Of a stretch of 64,000 bases of DNA, positions 58,201-64,000 are shown one piece after another. The DNA comes from Cyanophora paradoxa CCMP329 (Eukaryota; Plantae; Glaucophyta): the NCBI GenBank assembly GCA_004431415.1, contig QPMI01000590.1:62001-126000 (forward strand). The letters run 5' to 3'. The stretch's first letter is position 1. The number at the start of each line of letters is the position of its first letter. Below the pieces are notes generated by a model. That model had not been told where the DNA came from and made no database searches. It saw nothing but the letters and a program-made list of their open reading frames with translations. The translations under genes were made by a program, and so were the position numbers.

Positions 58201-61200
58201 GCGCTAGCTCGAAAAGAGCATTGCCGCCGCCCTGAGCCGGGACCTGTGCACCACTTTGCCAAACCCGGCGATGCTGCAGCTGGTGCTGGCTGCAGGCATT
58301 TTTCGCACCGTAGCGCAGCCTTCAGGGCTCGCAGCCCGGCCCGCGAAATTTACACGTGACCGCACGGCGGCAGGCCCAGGCCTCGGCACGGCCGCTCGCC
58401 GCCAAGCCTGCGCACGCGGCCTTCAGCCCCACCCGCCTTGCGGCACGTTCATGCCTCGACCTCCCGCTAAAACGCGGTGGGAGAGAGGATGAGGCAGGGA
58501 AGACTGCATGAGCTGCAGAAATCGTAATTCGCTACCGAGTGAAGCGAACCTGTCGACCGCACTGCGGCACCCAAATTCGAAAGCATCGCAATTCGAATTC
58601 GGAATTCAATGATTCGGGACCGTGGGCGCGGCGCCGGATCCGATGATCCCCAGCCCGTTCTCGATCTGCGCGGCAGCGAGCCCTAGTGGCTGGCCCGTGC
58701 GCAAGCCACGCGTACGGTATCCAATTTTCGGAAAGCCGTTCCCACCTAGCTGGTGGAATCTGCCGGCTTCACACTCCGGAACACCCGCCACGGCCAACGA
58801 GAGACAGCGAGCAAAAGCCGCTGAGCTTCATCGTCTGCTCTCTCAAAAGCCGCCACGGCCCACTGCGAGACAGCGAGCGAGAGCTCTATCGTCAGTTCTC
58901 TCGAGAGCACCGGGGCCCGGCCCCCGGTCCGCTAAGGGAACGCTTGCGATCGTGCATGATATCGTCGGCACGATATTGACGCTCGTATGCACGAGCACGG
59001 CTCCTGCAACCGGCCGCTACCGGTCCCGCCCCTGCAGCTGGGAACCAATCGCGTCGGTTGCACGCCGCGGCGCCCGCCTGCCGATCCCTATGGTGCTGCT
59101 AAAGCTGCCGCGCGTACGGCGGCTGGCGCCCAGCCATCAATACCACGGCATGCGCAGCCGCGCCCTGCACACGCACTTGTGCCCGGCGGCCGCAGTGCAC
59201 GCCCGTGGCCGGCTGCCGCAGTGGCGAGGCCGTCGACGTCACGGCGCACGCCAGCGGACGTGAGGGCGCCCGCGTGCACAATCTTTGCTCCGGACGTTTC
59301 CCGGGCCCTCTAGATCTGTGCATGCGAATCACTTCGCGTCGCCACGAAAATTTTGCAGCACTAGAGTGCGGCAATTTAATTTCGCGCCCACGTGTGCGTG
59401 GCCATGCCCAGCGGCCCGGCCCTTGCACGGCCCTTCGGCCAAGCATATGCATCATCCTCAGCCTCAGACCAGCCTCTGAGCCTGGTTCTGACGCTTACTA
59501 AAGCGGTCACGGCTCTTGCGACTCACCCGAGTCCGACGGTTGATCATGACCTCGATCTCGTGATTCCGCCCCGACGCCACGCGCGGCTCGGAACCGAGAT
59601 GTAGGCTACGCGTCCGCGGCCCGCTCGAGAAGGCCAGACCGTCGGACCGTGCACGCACGGCCGATTTCGTACCTCTCGGCTCGCGAAATTTCGCGAGGGC
59701 CCAGCATGGCGAAAGTCGTCGATTTTCGCTGGCGACCCGCCGGCCGGGCTCTCGTCCCGAGCAGCGGCGCGGATTTTCTCAAATTCTGCCCCGCAACCCG
59801 GACCATCGGACGTTCGCGCATACCAAGTCACGCGGGCCCGGCTGCATGCAGCTGGCGCTCCTGCGAGCGAACGAGTTCGACATAGCTGTCAAATTCGTTC
59901 CGCGCTGGGCGGTGGCGACCCGGGATCTTATTCCCGGCAGTGGCGCACCCGCTTCATTCACTGAGGCCGCTCCCATAAATCTGGGTGCTGGCGCCCCGGC
60001 GCCTGGCCTACAAACCGCGAAAAGCAGCAACACGGGCCAACAGACACGAACATACACAGCCGAGCGCTATATATGCAAAATCGTGTTTCGGAAGCTCGGC
60101 CCAGGCCTTGAGCTGATCGACGACCGCTCGAGACTCGAAGCTCCGAGGCTCGATGCCCTCGTGCTCGACACGACTGGCGTCCGATCGAATCGCGACATTC
60201 GAACGGCGGGCACTGCAGTGCGATTGACTCGCGATCGGCACAATCGTGGCCGGCCGACGCAATTGCTCAGTTGCCCACAACTCAATTCAAATCGAAGCCA
60301 GCATCCATTCAACCTCGCTCTGGCCCCGCGGCTCACGCTTGCCCCTCGAGCTCGATTGAGCCCGAATCGAAAGCAAAGCGGCCCGGGACGCCATGGAATA
60401 CAACGAAAGAGAGACGGTTACGGTCGTGCATGATCACGCCTCGCCGTGCTTTCTGCCCGCACTCGCGAATTTCTGCACCACGGCCTACTGTCCTGATCCA
60501 ATCACGGATCCCAGCGGCCTCAGCGTGCCAAAATTTCGCGGAAGACGGTGGAGCACCGGGGACGGTGCTTAACCGAAGAGGGAGTGGCATCAGGAGCAGC
60601 TCGCCGTGCTACGGCTTCCGCTCTTCAGCGGAAGAGGAGTACGTGCACATGCACTCGAGCCGAAGGCCGCGCGCCTCTTGGCCCGACGCTGGAGCGCCTC
60701 TCCGATCGGCGCATTCCTGCCACGCCCCGACTTCCCCTCTTCAGTGGAAGAGGAGTCGGAATCAGACTCAAGCGCGCAGTCACGCCTGCTACGCGCGCGC
60801 CGCCCCATGGCCTGCAAATCAGCAGCCTGCCCCATGGCCAGCGCGCGCCGCCGCCCGCAGGCTGATCATGAGCGATCGAACCTAGCCGACCGCCTTGAGG
60901 TCCCCTCACACGGCGGCTTGCCGGGATCCGGGTCTCGCCATTAATATTGGCGAACTACATTCCGCCTCGGAAACCCATCGGTGGCGATGCCACTGGGGCT
61001 GACGGCCCGCAGGCCCTGTTGTTACGTGCACAGCCAGTGACCGTGTCCGGAACGGACTGGCAAGTGCTGTCTCGACAGAGCTTGAGAGCCCAGCTACGGC
61101 CAGTGCACTCGCTTGCACTACTCACCGATGTGGCCTTCTAAGGACCGGAATCGGATCTCAGCGGCCGACTGCATGCCGTGTAGCGGTCTGGCTACGCACA

Positions 61201-61430
61201 GAACACGAATTCGAATTCATGATCAAGAGATCTGAATCTCTGAAGGATTCGCCGTTCATCAGCCTCGCCCGATCGCCTGGTATATGGAGAGGCGATCGGA
61301 GACGAGCCCGTAGCGAAGGCTGGCGAATCGGTTGCAATTCCGAGGGTCTCGGCACCGCGAACATGCAGTCTCGCGGGTCGCTGCAGAACCCCTTCCTGCG
61401 ATCACGACCCGCCAAGCTCGCCAGCGAGCC
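55260..61430 (+). pseudogene. Heavily disrupted copia gag-pol remnant
   Basis: Fragmentary motifs read by eye. Zn-knuckle-like ~55262. Integrase-like IR..DSG..EF ~56790-56830 and PDYPH..GTAE ~56960. RT-like KF.KA ~58575, GIQFSE ~58716, LLKLPR.YG ~59095, VD.DL ~59540, AERYICKIVFRKLG ~60060, VR..DI ~60180. RNaseH-like STELE ~61072 and QNPFL..R..K ~61384. Confidence 0.55.
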
Positions 61431-63053
61431 CGGCTAGGGCCGGATCACAGGGAGGCCCGGCCGAAGGAACGACTGATGGGATTCGCGGCCAGCACTCGCA
61501 CGCGCCTTCAATCGATGGCCGCATCTCGCTGGAGCGTTGACACCCGGTCTCATCGCCAGCAGCTTAGCGCTGCGATGTCACGCACGCCGCGAGCGCGAGA
61601 CCCTCCCCGAGGCTCCCCATCTCGTTCCAGGCCATACACAAACGCCAGTGCCAGCGCACACGTACACTGCTCTGCGCTCGCCAAGCGGGCGCCTCCGTCC
61701 CGTGGCCATGCGTGGCTCTACGTGTGCACTGCAGCCCTCACGCCCCAGCGCGTGTTCGGGGCCTGGCGTATGCTTCACGAGCTCCGACCCTGCTCGATTC
61801 CCCTCCAATGTACGTGAGCGACCTTGAACTCGCTTGCCTTCAGCATCGAGTTCGGCGGCTCCGCGTCTTTGGCCTCGTGATCCCGCCGCGGAAGTGCAAC
61901 CGTGCACTCTGCGGTCCTCGTGATCAGAGCCGGGAGCCGTGCAGATCGGACCCTGCACTGCAAGCTGCGCAACCCGACTCGTACGGAAGCGCCAAAGCAG
62001 TCACGGGATCGTTGGAGCATTTACATTCTGCGATGTTGAGCGGCTCGAGGGCTCGTACTTGCATCGTGTGCACTTGGTCACGAGCCCGAGCTCGAGACGC
62101 ACGCGAATGCAAGGTCGCTGCTCATATCGACGTCGACGTCGACTGCATGCTTCATGAATCCACTCTGGCCGCACCGACAGCCGTCTGAGCCTGGAATAAA
62201 ATATTCCGCTCGACGCATTTGCAAGCCGGCTGTGGATTGGAAGCCGGCAGACGCAAACCCGCCTTTAAGGCGTGCGAACCGGACGGTCAATTGCAACAAG
62301 CTTCAGTAGACCCTTCCCCAACCAAACAACCCGAACCAATCTATACCTTGCCCCGATGCTGCTCGCGGTCGCTGCGCCGTGGGGCAGATTTCTTTGCTCG
62401 CTTTGCCTCAGTCTTGGCTGAGGAGCGGGTCGCTACTGGTCGGGCCACCGTCTTGTCGGGTGAGACGATCAGTAGCGGGCGCCGTTCAGAGCCTTTCGTT
62501 CACTTTTCTGGAGCCTGGGCCCACGAGCTTGAAAAAGAGTGGTTGAGCGTGAGCTTTGCTGGCACATCTGGCCCCGAGAAGCAGGTGTTGTCGGGCGGTC
62601 CGCTCAAGCCGTGCCCTGCTCTTTCGTTGGGCCTGATGGGCGGCCCGGATACCTCCTCGTTGGTTTCTTCCCGAGGCGGTGAAACTTCCCATCCGTGCCA
62701 CTCTCCAGCGGCCCTCGCCGTTTGGAGTGAGTTTGGGCCAGCGTTTACACCTTCCGAGTTTTTATGCTTTTCCCTTTCGAGCTTTCCCGCATGCACGCAT
62801 TTGCCTCACCTGCCATGCCTTGCATACGACCTGGACGGGATCGATCTACAGCTACCTGGCCTTCTACCTGGCCTGCAGCTGTCTGCGTTCCTGTCCCCGG
62901 GCCGTGGCTCAGGTTCCTCGTCTTGGGGCCTGTCGGTACCCTCGAGCGGTGCACCCATCGGCGGTGTTGGGGACGCCCTCTTGCGGTTATGCCGACTGGA
63001 GTCACGGTTTGACTGGCTACGTCGCGCGGACGCGACGTCAGCGGAAGAGGAGT

Positions 63054-63341
63054 TGTCGCCTGGCTCGATTAATATTCCCAGGCCTTGCGGTGACTTAGTG
63101 ACTAGAGCTAGTTGGTGCCTGACGTAGTCTGAGAGCCCTGGCATAGTCTCTCTTCCTGTAGGCTTACCTCTCGGTAGCCTACGCTGGCCTGCCTCTACCT
63201 GTCTTAGGGGTACAGAGTCAGTAGTCTTCCGGGTACACAGTGAATACACCAGCCTGCATCTACAGCTGCTCCAGCACAGGGAGCCGGCCCCGCGCAGTAC
63301 TGCGCGGTGCCTAATCGGGTGGGAATACCTCCCATCCGACA
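63054..63341 (+). repeat. 3' LTR (288 bp)
   Basis: Copy of the 5' LTR with an extra aatatt at 63071-63076. Confidence 0.95.
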
Positions 63342-63455
63342 GGCTGGAATCGTGAGGACGGGGCATAGGGGGGTGCGGGCGTTGGGCCATTGACATTAGG
63401 CCGGGCGGGCCGTTTAGGTGCCGCGGCGCTTGCACTGCGGCAGCTTTAAATTTTA

Positions 63456-63515
63456 CTTGAGCGCTCTCTAGAACTCTGGATATCGCTCGATTTGGAGTTC
63501 TAGAGAGCGCTCAAG
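63456..63515. repeat. Perfect 21-bp inverted repeat with 18-nt loop
   Basis: cttgagcgctctctagaactc (63456-63476) and gagttctagagagcgctcaag (63495-63515). Confidence 0.9.
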
Positions 63516-64000
63516 AGAGTCGCCCCGTAAGCCTAGGTTAATTTCCCTTGCCCAGACCCCGAGCCCAATTAACTGACGCGCGCGGCAGCAAGTCATGCGC
63601 ATGCAGTGGCCGGCCCTAATAACTTAATAACTTAGTATAAGCGATCACAATGTGATTCAATTGTAATCGAGATTGTAAGTGATCGAGGTGCTGATCATTC
63701 TTCGAAATCATGATCAGTACGGAGACAAACCTAGAGCTACGTATACAACGAAACTCTCTTCCTAGGCCTAGGCTAACTGATCTACCTCTATTGAAATCTT
63801 GCACTTGGGAGCTGATCATGATCATTCACAAATGAAAGCTTTTTAAGCGCCGGCGCGCGCAAGCAGAACCAATCCGGTTCCATGGTTAATTAGAGCGTGC
63901 ATACCGCACGTGCGAAAATCGCTCGGGTCGAGAGCGCAAAGGTCCTTGGGCTGTCTATCTGTCGTCTGATCTCTCTAGACTGGTTACACGTCGATCGCGA

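Larger units (their letters stand above)
51059..63341 (+). mobile_element. Non-autonomous Ty1/copia-derived LTR retrotransposon (LARD-like), recent insertion
   Basis: LTRs read TGTCG...CGACA at 51059-51340 and 63054-63341. TSD ggctg at 51054-51058 and 63342-63346. Purine-rich PPT gcggaagaggagt lies just before the 3' LTR. Decayed pol motifs occur in IN-RT-RH order. Confidence 0.9.

Noticed and set aside
61900-62040. Possible decayed tyrosine recombinase (HS..RAG, G.RWS-like fragments) making 51059-63341 a second DIRS element
   Set aside because: TG..CA LTRs, a 5-bp TSD, a PPT and IN-RT-RH remnants fit copia; the fragments are too weak to count.

Overview
This is GC-rich eukaryotic nuclear DNA with many short (~55-100 nt) spliceosomal introns, many with GC donors. 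The style and a probable plastid-targeted FtsH suggest an alga, possibly glaucophyte-like (inference only). Most ORFs in the supplied track are GC-rich shadow frames. Host genes: a C2-domain gene (3' part), three related TPR-like helical-repeat genes, RPL27, an FtsH protease, and an ISWI-type SNF2 ATPase apparently fused to RCC1 repeats and a PHD finger. Mobile DNA: (i) a young, intact tyrosine-recombinase (DIRS-order, PAT-like) retrotransposon with split direct repeats A1-ORFs-B1-A2-B2 and an intron-rich ORF1 (14922-24727); (ii) a nest of Helentron-like non-autonomous elements built from ~149-bp repeats (~30840-36654); (iii) a 12.3-kb Ty1/copia-derived LTR element with near-identical LTRs, a 5-bp TSD and a scrambled interior (51059-63341). 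The most striking signal comes from comparing repeat copies inside the window. They repeatedly differ by one mutation type, X -> X-revcomp(X)-X (inverted micro-triplication of 2-3 bp, one apparent 11-bp case). This plausibly explains the flood of short palindromes in the non-coding DNA.
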